Assembly: GCA_016794505.1 (NCBI GenBank)
Contig: JAEUJZ010000141.1
Span: 18,204-82,203, forward strand
DNA: 64,000 nt
Source of the DNA: Myxococcales bacterium
Lineage (GTDB): Bacteria > Myxococcota_A > Polyangia > Palsa-1104 > JAEUJZ01
Reading direction: 5' to 3'
The notes beneath the pieces were generated by a model. The model worked only from the letters and a program-made list of their open reading frames with translations. It did not search any database and was not told the origin of the DNA. Shown here piece after piece: positions 19,685 through 28,851 of this stretch (positions within the stretch are counted from its first letter, which is position 1; each line of letters opens with the position of its first letter). Position numbers and translations under genes: made by a program.

Positions 19685-20116
19685 CTAAAAGCGCTCGTTG
19701 CAGGACAGAAACGAGGTCGCGTCGGGGGCATCGAGCCAGCAGCGCAGGATGGCTCGCCGCGCTTTTCCGACCTGACTTTGGCACTGCACGGCAAAGAAGG
19801 CGGCGCGGCGCTCTTGCTCTTCGACGGGCAGCGCGGCGGGGCTGCGGTTGCTGACGACGACTCCGGCGTTGGGGGGAAGCTGCAGGCGCTGGCGATACGC
19901 GGCCTCGGCGAGCGGGCAGTCGTCGCTGCGCAGCGACTCCTTGGCAAGCTCGGCCGGCTGGCTGAGATCGCCTGTGGTCGTGGCGCAGCCCGAAACGGCG
20001 CAGCCGAGCGCCACCCCCCAGGCCAGGCACCCCACGCTGTAGCGGATGGCTTGGAACAGCCGCAGTCCGACGGAGCGGCCAACGCAGAACGAAAACGACG
20101 AGAGCAGAGCAGGCAA
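19685..20116 (-). CDS. Putative lipoprotein (hypothetical)
   Basis: Of three overlapping minus-strand ORFs, this frame has the strongly GC-biased third positions. It also has a lipobox-like signal (...GVALGCAVSGCATT). It lies 8 nt downstream of the YtfJ-like gene. The start is uncertain (TTG at 20116 or an internal GTG). Confidence 0.5.
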   Translation of the reverse strand: MPALLSSFSFCVGRSVGLRLFQAIRYSVGCLAWGVALGCAVSGCATTTGDLSQPAELAKESLRSDDCPLAEAAYRQRLQLPPNAGVVVSNRSPAALPVEEQERRAAFFAVQCQSQVGKARRAILRCWLDAPDATSFLSCNERF

Positions 20117-20124
20117 GCGAGGGC

Positions 20125-20733
20125 TTAGTTAGCAGGCTTTGCCGCAGCCTTGCAACCAGCGCCTTCCGGTCCACCATCAGCGGCGATTAGCTGACATAGC
20201 TTGGCCAGGGCTGCCTGCGCCTTTTCCGGCGACAGCGCTCCCTTTTCAAAGAAGTGAAGCTTCTTGTCCTTGCCGATGATCAGCACCACCGACTTGTTGT
20301 TGCAGTCGCCCAGGCCCCACTGGTCGATCAACAGGTGGCTGGGGTCGGTCAGGATGGTGACGCCGTACTTGGCGATCTTGCTGCGGACGATGCTGCGGAT
20401 GATCCAGTCGGGCTTTAGCGGCGCGTCTTTCATGTTGGCGACGCCCATCGACTGAAAGTGGGTCTTGGGCAGGCCGGCGGCCTTGACCAGATCGGCGAAG
20501 GGGTCGTTTTGGTTGGCGACGTCGGGGTCGGTGTACAGGATCAAGAGCACGCGCTCGCCAAAGCCGGGCAGGGTTGCGGGCTTGTTGCTGCCGTCGCGGA
20601 GTTCCCCATTTTTCAGCTCATCACCGACGGCGGCGGCGAAGACGAGGGGGCTGTGGGTCAAGACCCCGCACAGCGAGAGCGCGAGGGCCGGAAAGCGAAG
20701 CAGGCTGACTAGGCGATGTAGTCCGTTTTGCAC
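20125..20733 (-). CDS. YtfJ-family periplasmic protein (thioredoxin-like fold)
   Basis: It has a signal peptide and aligns by eye with E. coli YtfJ. Compare NKSVVLIIGKDKKLHFFEKGALSPEKAQAALAKLCQLI here with SSAVVVLDKDGRVQWAKDGALTPEDVQQVMDLLQKLL in YtfJ. Confidence 0.6.
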   Translation of the reverse strand: MQNGLHRLVSLLRFPALALSLCGVLTHSPLVFAAAVGDELKNGELRDGSNKPATLPGFGERVLLILYTDPDVANQNDPFADLVKAAGLPKTHFQSMGVANMKDAPLKPDWIIRSIVRSKIAKYGVTILTDPSHLLIDQWGLGDCNNKSVVLIIGKDKKLHFFEKGALSPEKAQAALAKLCQLIAADGGPEGAGCKAAAKPAN

Positions 20734-20905
20734 GTCGGTTACTCCTCTTGCGGATAAGCGAACAGGCTTGCACGTGGTCTGTAGTCAGGCGGTAGACCCA
20801 CCCCGAACGACAGAGTGGAGCCCGATTACATCAGCCGGTTTGGACCGCAAAAGCAACGAAAAATTCGACGAACAAAATCGGTGGTGCGTCCTGCGGATTT
20901 TGCTG

Positions 20906-21604
20906 TCAGTCAAGCTTGAGGCGATAGCCAACGCCCGTCTCGGTGCGCAGGTAGCGCGGCCGCGTAGGATCGGCTTCGAGCTTGTGGCGAAGCTGTGCCA
21001 TGTACACGCGCAGATAGTGGCTTTGATCGGCAAACTGCGGCCCCCACACCTGCACCAGAAGCTGCCGGTGGGTCACGACGCGGCCGGCGTACTGGAAGAG
21101 CAGCGTCAAGAGCTTGTACTCGGTCGGGGTCAGGTGGACTTCGCTGCCGTCGCGGAAGACCTGCCGCAGCGACAGGTCGACCCGGACGCTGCCCAGCGCG
21201 AACTCAGGTGGCTGCGTCGCTTGGCCTGACTGCTGTGCGTGGCGCAGCGCAACGCGGATGCGCGCCAGAAGCTCACCGATGGAAAAGGGCTTGGTCAGGT
21301 AGTCATCGGCTCCGGCGTCCAGCGCATGAATCTTGTCGGACTCTTGCCCGCGTGCCGACAGCACGATGATTGGCGTTCGGCTCCACTCGCGCAGGCGACG
21401 CGTTACTTCGATGCCGTCTCCGTCGGGAAGCCCCAGATCCAAGAGGACGAGATCGGGACTCACTGCGGCAAGCTGCGCCATGCCGTCCGCGGCGGTGCCC
21501 GCCTCGGTCAGGGCATAGCCATGGCTGGCCATCATCGAGCGCAGAAAGCCGCGCATCGAGGGGTCGTCTTCGATCAGAAGGACACGACAGCGAGGACTGT
21601 TCAT
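20906..21604 (-). CDS. kdpE: OmpR-family response regulator, KdpE-like
   Basis: It aligns with E. coli KdpE along its whole length: DLVLLDLGLPDGDGIEVTRRLREWSRTPIIVLSAR..ESDKI.ALDAGADDYLTKPF.IGEL.ARIRVALR and HLTP.E..LL..L....G.V.T.RQLL.QVWGP......HYLR.YM..LR.KLE.DP.RPR...TE.G.GYR. The ATGA overlap joins it to the upstream kinase ORF. Confidence 0.88.
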   Translation of the reverse strand: MNSPRCRVLLIEDDPSMRGFLRSMMASHGYALTEAGTAADGMAQLAAVSPDLVLLDLGLPDGDGIEVTRRLREWSRTPIIVLSARGQESDKIHALDAGADDYLTKPFSIGELLARIRVALRHAQQSGQATQPPEFALGSVRVDLSLRQVFRDGSEVHLTPTEYKLLTLLFQYAGRVVTHRQLLVQVWGPQFADQSHYLRVYMAQLRHKLEADPTRPRYLRTETGVGYRLKLD

Positions 21605-22757
21605 GCTGCACCTGCGTGATCGGATGCCGGTTGTGGGCGATGCGCGGTGGGACCGGCGCTGCCTTCGTGGGGTTCGAGGCTGCTCGGCGAGCGCTCATCC
21701 GGCGGCAGCCTGGGCGGGGTTCCTTCGAGCGGCAAAGTGAAGCGGAACAAGGCGCCGCCTTCGGGTCGGCTGTGCGCTTGAATCTGCCCGCCGTGGGCCT
21801 CGACGATGCCGCGGCAAATGGCCAGGCCAAGGCCCACGCCGCTGTCTTGTCGCGCCCGCGAGCCGCGGAAGAAGCGCTCGAACACGCGGTCTTCACACGC
21901 AGCAGGCAGGCCCGGTCCGGTGTCTTTGACCTGCACCACCAGCGTGCCCGCTTCGATGCTGGCCGAGATGAAGATGTCCGTGCCCGGAGGCGTGTGCTTC
22001 GATGCGTTCTCAAGCAGGTTGTAAAACACCTGCTCGATCAGCGTGCCGTCGATGGGCACCAGCGGCAGGCTGGGCGGCAGCGCGACATGCACGGGATGGC
22101 GGGCCAGCAGTCGTTCCAGCCGTTCCAGCGCCGAGCCGATGACTTCTTCCAGCGTCATCCATTCTTTTTTCACCAGCAGGCCGCCGGACTGCAGGCGCGA
22201 CATGTCGAGCAGGTTGCGCACCAAGCGGTTGAGGTGATCCGCTTCGTCGAAGATCATCGTCAAGAGCTCGCGCTGCTCGCTGCGGGGCAGCGGATGTTCG
22301 TCGTCGAGCAGCACGCTCGCCGAGCCCGCGATGGCACAGAGCGGCGTTCGCAGATCGTGCGAGATCGAGCTCAAAAGCGCGCTGCGCAGCGCAGCGCTTC
22401 TTTTTCGGCGCGCAGGGCCCGCTCGGCTTGACGCTTTACCTCGCCGGACAGACGGCTGATGACCAAGCCGACGATGAACATCACCGCGAACGTGAAGATG
22501 AAGCGCGTGTCGGCCACGCGAAAGGTGTAGTACGGCGGCACGAAGCAGAAGTCGAACAGGGCCACCGACAGCGTCGACGCCAACAGCGCCGGGCCGCGGC
22601 CATAGCCAACCGACACGGCGATGATGCCCAGCAGGTAGACCATGATGACTTCGGAGAGCTCGAAGTGGCGGACCAGCGCGGCCCCGATCGCCGTCGCAAG
22701 GCCGACAATCGCAAAGACCGGAGCGTAGTTGGCAAGCAGCTTGAACGCAGCGCGCAT
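21601..22757 (-). pseudogene. Truncated KdpD-like sensor histidine kinase (DUF4118-type TM domain + HisKA + HATPase_c), split by a frameshift at about 22385-22394
   Basis: The upstream ORF piece (22757-22371, from the ATG at 22757) encodes a TM block that matches E. coli KdpD (FDFCFVPPYYTFRVADTRFIFTFAVMFIVGLVI versus FDLFFIAPRGTLAVSDVQYLLTFAVMLTVGLVI). The downstream piece, in another frame, reads LRSALLSSISHDLRTPL...NLLDMSRLQSGG...KKEWMTLEEV...NLLENA.KH...D.GPGLP...GVGLGLAICR.IVE.HGG.I....RPEGGA.F. Both the N-terminal KdpD/Usp region and the GAF-like region of full-length KdpD are absent. Confidence 0.7.
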
Positions 22758-22803
22758 CGACGGCTTCGTATCCCAGGCGGCGAAGGCGAGCAACCGGCTG
22801 GCG

Positions 22804-24819
22804 TTACAGCTCAATTTGCGCACCCATCTCGACGACGCGGTTGGGGGGGATGCCAAAGAACGACGTCGCGGTCTTGGCGTTGCGCGACAGGAACGAAAAC
22901 AGCGCCTTGCGCCAGCGCGCCAAGCCCGACGAGCCCGTGGTCAGCAAGGTCTCGCGACCCAGGAAGTAACTGGTGTTCGCATCCAGCGTGTGCAGGCCCG
23001 CCTCGCGACAGCAGCGCAGGATGTCCGGCACGTTGGGCGTCTGCATGAAGCCATAGTGGGCGATGACCTGGAAGAAGCCGCGGCCTAGCTCGCGCACGGC
23101 AACGCGGCGGCTTGCTGGGACCTCGGGCACGCGGTCGGTGACAACCGCCAGCAGCACCACCTGTTCATGCAAGAGCTTGTTGTGCTTGATGTGATGCAAT
23201 AAGACCACGGGCGCACCGTCGGGATTGCTGGTCATAAAGACCGCCGTGCCAGGGACCCGCGGCACCTTGCGCTCGTCGAGATCGCAGAGGAACAGATCCA
23301 TCGGCAGGATGGCGCTTTGCACGAACGATTCCAGCGCGGCGCGGCCCGCTTTCCACGTCGTCATCAGCGCGTAAAGAGCCGCGGCGATGGTCAGCGTAAT
23401 CCAGCCGCCCGCGGCGATCTTGGCTGAGTTGGCCAAAAGAAACGCCACATCCAGGCTGAGAAACAGCGTCAGAAGCGCGCCGATCTTCCAGCGCGCCCAG
23501 CCCCAGCGCTCGTACGCCACGACGGCAAACAAGATGGATGTGATCGACATCGCGCCCGTCACCGCAATGCCATAAGCCGCGGCCAAGCCCGAGCTGCCTT
23601 CGTGTCGGAAGGCAAAGACCAAGGCCAGGCAGCCCGCGAGCAGGAACCAGTTGATCTCGGGGATATAGATCTGCCCCTCGGCGTGTCCCGAGGTGTGGAT
23701 GATCGAGACGCGCGGCCAGTAGCCAAGCTGCACCGCCTGTCGCGTCAGCGAGTACGAGCCCGAGATCAGCGCCTGCGAAGCGATGATCGCGGCGGCCGTG
23801 GCGATCCCGATCATCGGTAGCTGCAGCGCCTGCGGCACGACCTGAAAGAACGGGCTGAAGCTCGCTTTGTCGAAGTGCGAAAGCGAAAGCGTGTACGCCC
23901 CCTGACCGAAGTAGTTGAGCAACAACGCCGGGAACGCCACCGCGAACCAGGCCAGGCGGATCGGCCGTCGACCAAAGTGCCCCATGTCGGCATACAGCGC
24001 CTCGCCGCCTGTGATGCACAACACCACGGCCGACAGTGCAAAGAAGCCATGCATTTTATGTTGAATGAAAAAGTGCAGCGCATAATAGGGGTTTACAGCC
24101 CACAGGATACGCGGATATTTGATAATCCACCAAAGACCGATTAGCGCGATACTGGCGAACCAGATCAGCATCACCGGGCCGAACAGCGCGCCGACGCGCT
24201 CGGTGCCGCGCTTTTGAAACAGGAACAAAAGCACCAAGATGCCGGCGGTCAGCGGCGTGATGAAGTGCGTCATCGCCGGGAAGCGGACCTTAAGTCCCTC
24301 GACGGCGCCAAAGACCGAGATGACCGGTGTGATGGCACCATCGCCATAAAGCAGCGCCGTGCCAAACAAGGCCAAGAGCACCAGCACCATCCGCTTGCTG
24401 GCCTTTTTCCCGACGCTGCCGCGCGGTGCCAGCAGCGCCAGCAGCGACAGGATGCCGCCTTCGCCGTTGTTGTCGGCGCGCAAGATGAAGGTCAGGTACT
24501 TCAAGACGACGACCAAGAGCAGCGCCCAGAACACCAGCGACAAGATGCCCAAGACGTTTTCCGGGGTCGGCAGCACGCCGTGCTCGCCCGTGAAGCACTC
24601 GCGAATGGTGTAAAGCGGCGAGGTTCCGATGTCGCCATAGACGATACCGAGCGCACCCAGCGAGACCTTCAGCAGGTCGCGCGTGTTGCCGGGCTTGGGG
24701 GCGTGGGATGGCGATCCGGTGCTGGGGGTGCGGGCGGACGGGGGTTCCGACGAAGAAACGGCGCTCACCGACGGTGTCGAGCCGACGGCCGAGGCATCCG
24801 GTGGATTCACAGCGTTCAT
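22804..24819 (-). CDS. kup: Kup/HAK/KT-family potassium uptake transporter
   Basis: Contains LGALGIVYGDIGTSPLY near the N-terminus, about 12 hydrophobic segments, and a C-terminal cytoplasmic domain ending ...FFGIPPNRVVEMGAQIEL. The 671-aa length is typical. Confidence 0.92.
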   Translation of the reverse strand: MNAVNPPDASAVGSTPSVSAVSSSEPPSARTPSTGSPSHAPKPGNTRDLLKVSLGALGIVYGDIGTSPLYTIRECFTGEHGVLPTPENVLGILSLVFWALLLVVVLKYLTFILRADNNGEGGILSLLALLAPRGSVGKKASKRMVLVLLALFGTALLYGDGAITPVISVFGAVEGLKVRFPAMTHFITPLTAGILVLLFLFQKRGTERVGALFGPVMLIWFASIALIGLWWIIKYPRILWAVNPYYALHFFIQHKMHGFFALSAVVLCITGGEALYADMGHFGRRPIRLAWFAVAFPALLLNYFGQGAYTLSLSHFDKASFSPFFQVVPQALQLPMIGIATAAAIIASQALISGSYSLTRQAVQLGYWPRVSIIHTSGHAEGQIYIPEINWFLLAGCLALVFAFRHEGSSGLAAAYGIAVTGAMSITSILFAVVAYERWGWARWKIGALLTLFLSLDVAFLLANSAKIAAGGWITLTIAAALYALMTTWKAGRAALESFVQSAILPMDLFLCDLDERKVPRVPGTAVFMTSNPDGAPVVLLHHIKHNKLLHEQVVLLAVVTDRVPEVPASRRVAVRELGRGFFQVIAHYGFMQTPNVPDILRCCREAGLHTLDANTSYFLGRETLLTTGSSGLARWRKALFSFLSRNAKTATSFFGIPPNRVVEMGAQIEL

Positions 24820-24884
24820 AAGCGAGGAGAATAGACAAACAAACCCCGATTGCTTATGGCGGGAATCATTTTTTATGCATTTTT

Positions 24885-24932
24885 GATGTCATCTTTACAC
24901 TTTCTTGATACGGCGATGATGACATCTTGATA
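24885..24932 (-). promoter_or_regulatory. Repeat-bearing AT-rich kup upstream region (candidate operator/promoter)
   Basis: The region lies 65-115 nt upstream of the kup ATG. A 9-bp inverted repeat is present: GATGTCATC (24885-24893) and GATGACATC (24918-24926). An 8-bp direct repeat TCTTGATA occurs at 24903-24910 and 24925-24932, with 22-bp spacing. On the kup strand this reads TATCAAGA. Confidence 0.3.
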
Positions 24933-25047
24933 AATGCGCGACTAATTGATTATTAAATTGTCGAGGATTTTTATGCGGTTATCGGATGCCGGCGACGTGG
25001 CGCCGGGCTCGACGGCTGAGCGGCAGAGCAGGGAAGGGCGCGCTTGG

Positions 25048-26646
25048 TTAGTGGCCGCCTTGGCTGCGCAGGCGACGCAGGGGGGGCGCGGGGTGCGGGC
25101 TGGAGAGGCCCAGCGCGCGGCTGCTCACGCCGGGAAGCTTCATGCCGTACGTTTCGTTCAGCAGGCGCAGCGACGACTTGAACGCGCCATCGCTCCAGCC
25201 CGAGCGGTTGACGTAATAGGCCTCGCCGACCAGCCCGACGTCTTCGCCGCTGAGCGGCTGCACGGCCCAGTTCGCAAGATCGGCGTTGGAAAGCGTCGCG
25301 CTCGCGCTCAGCCAGTGCCAGGCATCGGGCCACACATGAACGTGCGTCTTGGTCGGCTTGGGAATGTTCACCGTCGCCGGCACCGTCGCGCCGTTGTGGT
25401 TAAACAGCGTGTTTAGCTGCGCCTGAAGCTCGGCTTCAAGCTTGGGCATGCCCTGCTTGGCCAGCTCTTCCCAGAACTGCACGCAGCGGATGTCGTCGTC
25501 ATAGACCGTGCGCGTGACCTTGCCCGCGGCGGCGTAGGGCTCTTGTGGGATCTCGATGAAGTTCAGACACAGGTCGGTGGTCCAGGCCCGCCACACGTTG
25601 TTGTCGCGGGTCTTGCCGGGGTCTTTGATCGTCTGCCACCAGGCTTCCGGCCACCACTGGGTGATGGTGACGACGCGCACGCCCGTGATCTGCTGGAACT
25701 CGCTGCGCTTCTGAATGTCGGTGGCGATGTCGCCTTCGATCTGCTTGAGCCAGTAGGGCGAGACCGCGACGACCAAGCGGTTGGCGTTGACCACCATGCT
25801 CTTTTGCCCGTCGCCTTGGCCTTGGCTGCGCACGCGATAGCGGAAGCCTTTGCTGCTGCGCTCGATGTGCGTGACCGCTTGCGACTTGAAGATGCGCACG
25901 CCGCTTTCGCCGGCCTTTTTTTCCATGCCGCGGATGAACGTCGACATGCCGCCCACCGGGTACGACGCCTGGCAGCAGACATCCCATTCCTCGTCGAGAT
26001 AATCCATGTAACCGCGGGCATCGAGCGGGTATTCAAAGTCAGCGCGGAAGCGCGACATATCGCGCAGAAAGTCATATCCCGAAAGGCCCGCGTGACTGCG
26101 CACGTAGGCGCGCAGATCGACGGCGCTGGCGATGCTGGCGCGGCCCGGCCCCTTGCGCAGGACGTCGTACAGCCAGGTCTCGTAATCGACGCCGGGATCC
26201 TGCTGGGCCAGCAGGCCCTGATACTGCGAGCGCAGATCGTCTTTGGCGAACGCGTACTTGCCGCGGGCGCCGATCAGATCGGCAACCAGCGGCGGCTTTT
26301 CCAGCGTGATGCCCAGCTCACTGGCCAGCGAAAACAAGACCTCTTGGGTCTCCATCACGCGACGCGCGCCGACGCCCACGCGCGGTGAATTCGCGTCTTT
26401 TTCGTCGAGAGCGACATCGTGGATGCGCCCGCCCAGCTCGCTTTCTTTTTCGATCAGGCAGACGTTTTTGCCTTGGCTTGCACCCAGACGAAACGCCGTG
26501 TGCAGACCGCCAGGACCGCCGCCCACGATGGCGATTTCACAGTCGACCGTGGTCTCGTTTGTGCCGCAGCCTGCGGCAAGCGGACCGGCCGCCAGCGCGC
26601 AGACCCAGGCCATCGTGCTGCAAATCCTGCTCCATCGAGATCGCAT
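25048..26646 (-). CDS. Secreted or lipoprotein flavin-dependent amine-oxidase-family oxidoreductase
   Basis: Lipobox-like signal (ALAAGPLAAGCGTN). Rossmann dinucleotide fold: IAIVGGGPGGLHTAFRL....VCLIEKESELGGRI. The C-terminal block VGLVGEAYYVNRSGWSDGAFKSS is typical of the amine oxidase / flavin monoamine oxidase family. Confidence 0.75.
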   Translation of the reverse strand: MRSRWSRICSTMAWVCALAAGPLAAGCGTNETTVDCEIAIVGGGPGGLHTAFRLGASQGKNVCLIEKESELGGRIHDVALDEKDANSPRVGVGARRVMETQEVLFSLASELGITLEKPPLVADLIGARGKYAFAKDDLRSQYQGLLAQQDPGVDYETWLYDVLRKGPGRASIASAVDLRAYVRSHAGLSGYDFLRDMSRFRADFEYPLDARGYMDYLDEEWDVCCQASYPVGGMSTFIRGMEKKAGESGVRIFKSQAVTHIERSSKGFRYRVRSQGQGDGQKSMVVNANRLVVAVSPYWLKQIEGDIATDIQKRSEFQQITGVRVVTITQWWPEAWWQTIKDPGKTRDNNVWRAWTTDLCLNFIEIPQEPYAAAGKVTRTVYDDDIRCVQFWEELAKQGMPKLEAELQAQLNTLFNHNGATVPATVNIPKPTKTHVHVWPDAWHWLSASATLSNADLANWAVQPLSGEDVGLVGEAYYVNRSGWSDGAFKSSLRLLNETYGMKLPGVSSRALGLSSPHPAPPLRRLRSQGGH

Positions 26647-26748
26647 GCTTTCCCCCCGTCTCGCAGCCTGTTTTGCGCAGGCTTCTCGACGAGGATATCA
26701 CGCGATGTGCCGAGCGAGCGGCCATCCAAGGATCGGCCGCGCGTCCGC

Positions 26749-28701
26749 TTAGATCGGATCGCGCGACAGCACGACAAGGCTGTACGGCCCCAGCGCCACG
26801 CCCCCAAAAAATGGCAGGCCATCGCGGGCGGTGTTCGTCGCCACGACATCGCTCGAAGGCGCTCCGCCAAAGTCCAGCGAGTAGCGACGGTCGTCGCTGT
26901 TCAGCCGCACTTTCCACGTGCCCGCCGCGGGCAGCCCGATGTCATAGCGGGTGTAGTTCCGATTTGCGAAGTTGGCGATCACGATCACGTCACGCTCGCC
27001 ATTCGACCGACGATAGGCCAGCACCTTGTCGCCGTCGTTCAGGTGGAAGATCTGGATGTCGCTGCCGGTCAGTCCAGCGCTCGTGCTGCCAAGGTTTCGG
27101 CGCAGCGCGATGGCGTCGCGGTAAAAGTCGACGATGCGGCTGTGTGCGCTGGCCCGCGTCCAGTCGAGCGGGGCCGGTGGATCGGCGAAGCGGCCGACCG
27201 ACAGGAACTCTTGCCCGGCGAACAGCATCGGCACGCCGGGCGCGGTCAGCAGGATGCCAGCGGCCAGGAGTGATCGCTTGCGCGCGGCCCAGCTTCCCGG
27301 ATCTGCGGGATCGATCTGCGAGGGCAGTCGCGTGCCCATGTTGCCGACGGTGTCGTGGCTTTCGCTGTAGATCACGCGCTGAAAGGGATCGCCGTTGTAG
27401 CGGCCACCCAAGGCATCGCGCACCGCATAGAGATTGCGCGCGGCGTCGCTGGCTCCGCTGACGGCTTGCGTCACTGCCCAGTGAAAGCCGCCGTCCCACT
27501 GGGTGTCGAAGCCGAGGCCGCCGCTCTCGATCGTGTCGGTGATGCCGGCATAGCCCTTGAGATCCTCGGCGATCAAGAGCGCGCCAGGGATCGCGCGCGA
27601 CTCGCGGTTGGCGCGCCGCAAAAGAGCCACGCCGCCCGGCACGCTGCCCTTGCCATCGACGGCGCGGATGTTTGACACCGAGTCCCAACGGAAGCCGTCG
27701 ATGCGGTACTCGCGGCGAAAGAACAGGACGTTGTCGACGATAAAGTCGGCGACTTCCTTGCGCGTGTAATCAAAGCGCGGGCCCCATGGCGTGCTCTTGT
27801 ACATGGGGTCGGAAAAGAAATACACGCCGCTGTTGTCGCGGCAGGCACCGTCGAAGCAGTAAAGCGGCGCTTTCTTCCAGCCGTCATAGTGGTTGTAAAC
27901 CATGTCCAGCACCACCGAGATGCCGCGGCGGTGCGCTTGGTCGACCAGGGTGCGAAGCTCGTCGGGACTGCCATACGGTGCGTGCGGCGCGAAGTAGCTG
28001 TGCGGGTTGTATCCCCAGCCGCGCGTGCTGCCGTGTGAGTTCGCGGGCATCAGCTCAAGGACGTTGATGCCGAGGTCGCGCAGCGTGTCCAGGCGCTCGC
28101 TGATCGAGGCGAAGCCGCAGCGCGCTGGATCTGTTGGGCAGTTGAAGCTGCCCGCGTGAAGCTCATACACGACGAGGCTGTTCTTGCCGGGGCGGACATA
28201 CGGCGGGCTGGTCCAGCGGTACGACGCCGGATCGACCAGCACCGACTGCCCGTCTTGCACCTGCCGGCCATAGGGGTCGAGACGCTGCAGCACGCTGCCA
28301 TCTTGCGCCGTGACCAGAAAGCGATAGCGCTGCCCGGCGCGGGCGCTGGCGACGCGGACCGCAAAGGCGCCATCGTGCGGTGGCGGCAGGCGGGTCATGG
28401 CAAGCGGCATCGTCGCGAAATCACCGTGCAGCGACACCGCCTTGGCCGACGGAGCCCACAGCCGAAATGTCGCGCCAGCCGAGCCGAGCGTCGCACCCAA
28501 GGGAGCCATCGCCAAGGCTGCAAGCTCAGCGGCAGCCGGCGCATCGCTCATCATCGGTGGCCCTTCGTCGCTGGGAAGCGGCGCGGCGGATCCCGCGCAG
28601 CCGACGAGCCACAGGGAAAACAGGCTGGCACGCCGCGTCCAAGACTGCGCACACAGGTTGTGCTGGAACATGCGCGCAGCATGCACAAGCCGCAGGCGCA
28701 T
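26749..28701 (-). CDS. GH13 alpha-amylase-family enzyme with an N-terminal CBM48/E-set domain (branching-enzyme/TreZ-like), with signal or lipobox
   Basis: The four GH13 regions are present: VVLDMVYNH, IDGFRWDSVSN, LLIAEDL, YSESHD. The N-terminal ATFRLWAPSAKAVSLHGDF is CBM48-like. The signal is LFSLWLVGCAGSA. Confidence 0.82.
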   Translation of the reverse strand: MRLRLVHAARMFQHNLCAQSWTRRASLFSLWLVGCAGSAAPLPSDEGPPMMSDAPAAAELAALAMAPLGATLGSAGATFRLWAPSAKAVSLHGDFATMPLAMTRLPPPHDGAFAVRVASARAGQRYRFLVTAQDGSVLQRLDPYGRQVQDGQSVLVDPASYRWTSPPYVRPGKNSLVVYELHAGSFNCPTDPARCGFASISERLDTLRDLGINVLELMPANSHGSTRGWGYNPHSYFAPHAPYGSPDELRTLVDQAHRRGISVVLDMVYNHYDGWKKAPLYCFDGACRDNSGVYFFSDPMYKSTPWGPRFDYTRKEVADFIVDNVLFFRREYRIDGFRWDSVSNIRAVDGKGSVPGGVALLRRANRESRAIPGALLIAEDLKGYAGITDTIESGGLGFDTQWDGGFHWAVTQAVSGASDAARNLYAVRDALGGRYNGDPFQRVIYSESHDTVGNMGTRLPSQIDPADPGSWAARKRSLLAAGILLTAPGVPMLFAGQEFLSVGRFADPPAPLDWTRASAHSRIVDFYRDAIALRRNLGSTSAGLTGSDIQIFHLNDGDKVLAYRRSNGERDVIVIANFANRNYTRYDIGLPAAGTWKVRLNSDDRRYSLDFGGAPSSDVVATNTARDGLPFFGGVALGPYSLVVLSRDPI

Positions 28702-28851
28702 CGTAAAGCGTGCGTTCGCGGGTCGAGGGCACGCGCGCTGAATCGAATCTGCTGCCGGCCTCGGTCGCTGCGTCGTCGGTCCGCACGTACGGTTCTGTGC
28801 GGCGCTCTAAACCAGATATCATGGCCTCTCGGACAGCAGCGAGGAGGGCGC

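Noticed and set aside
24820-25047. Possible c-di-AMP (ydaO-type) or other K+-related riboswitch in the kup leader
   Set aside because: The leader is short and AT-rich, and I could not find the paired, pseudo-symmetric GC-rich helices and conserved ACGGGGA-type elements I would expect. A covariance-model scan would be needed to exclude it formally.
28156-28851. N-terminal 232-codon extension of the sthA ORF (the track lists 28156-30252, 698 aa)
   Set aside because: The extension is antisense to the 5' part of the GH13 gene and is Arg-rich. SthA homology, and the canonical 466-aa length, begin at the ATG at 28852.
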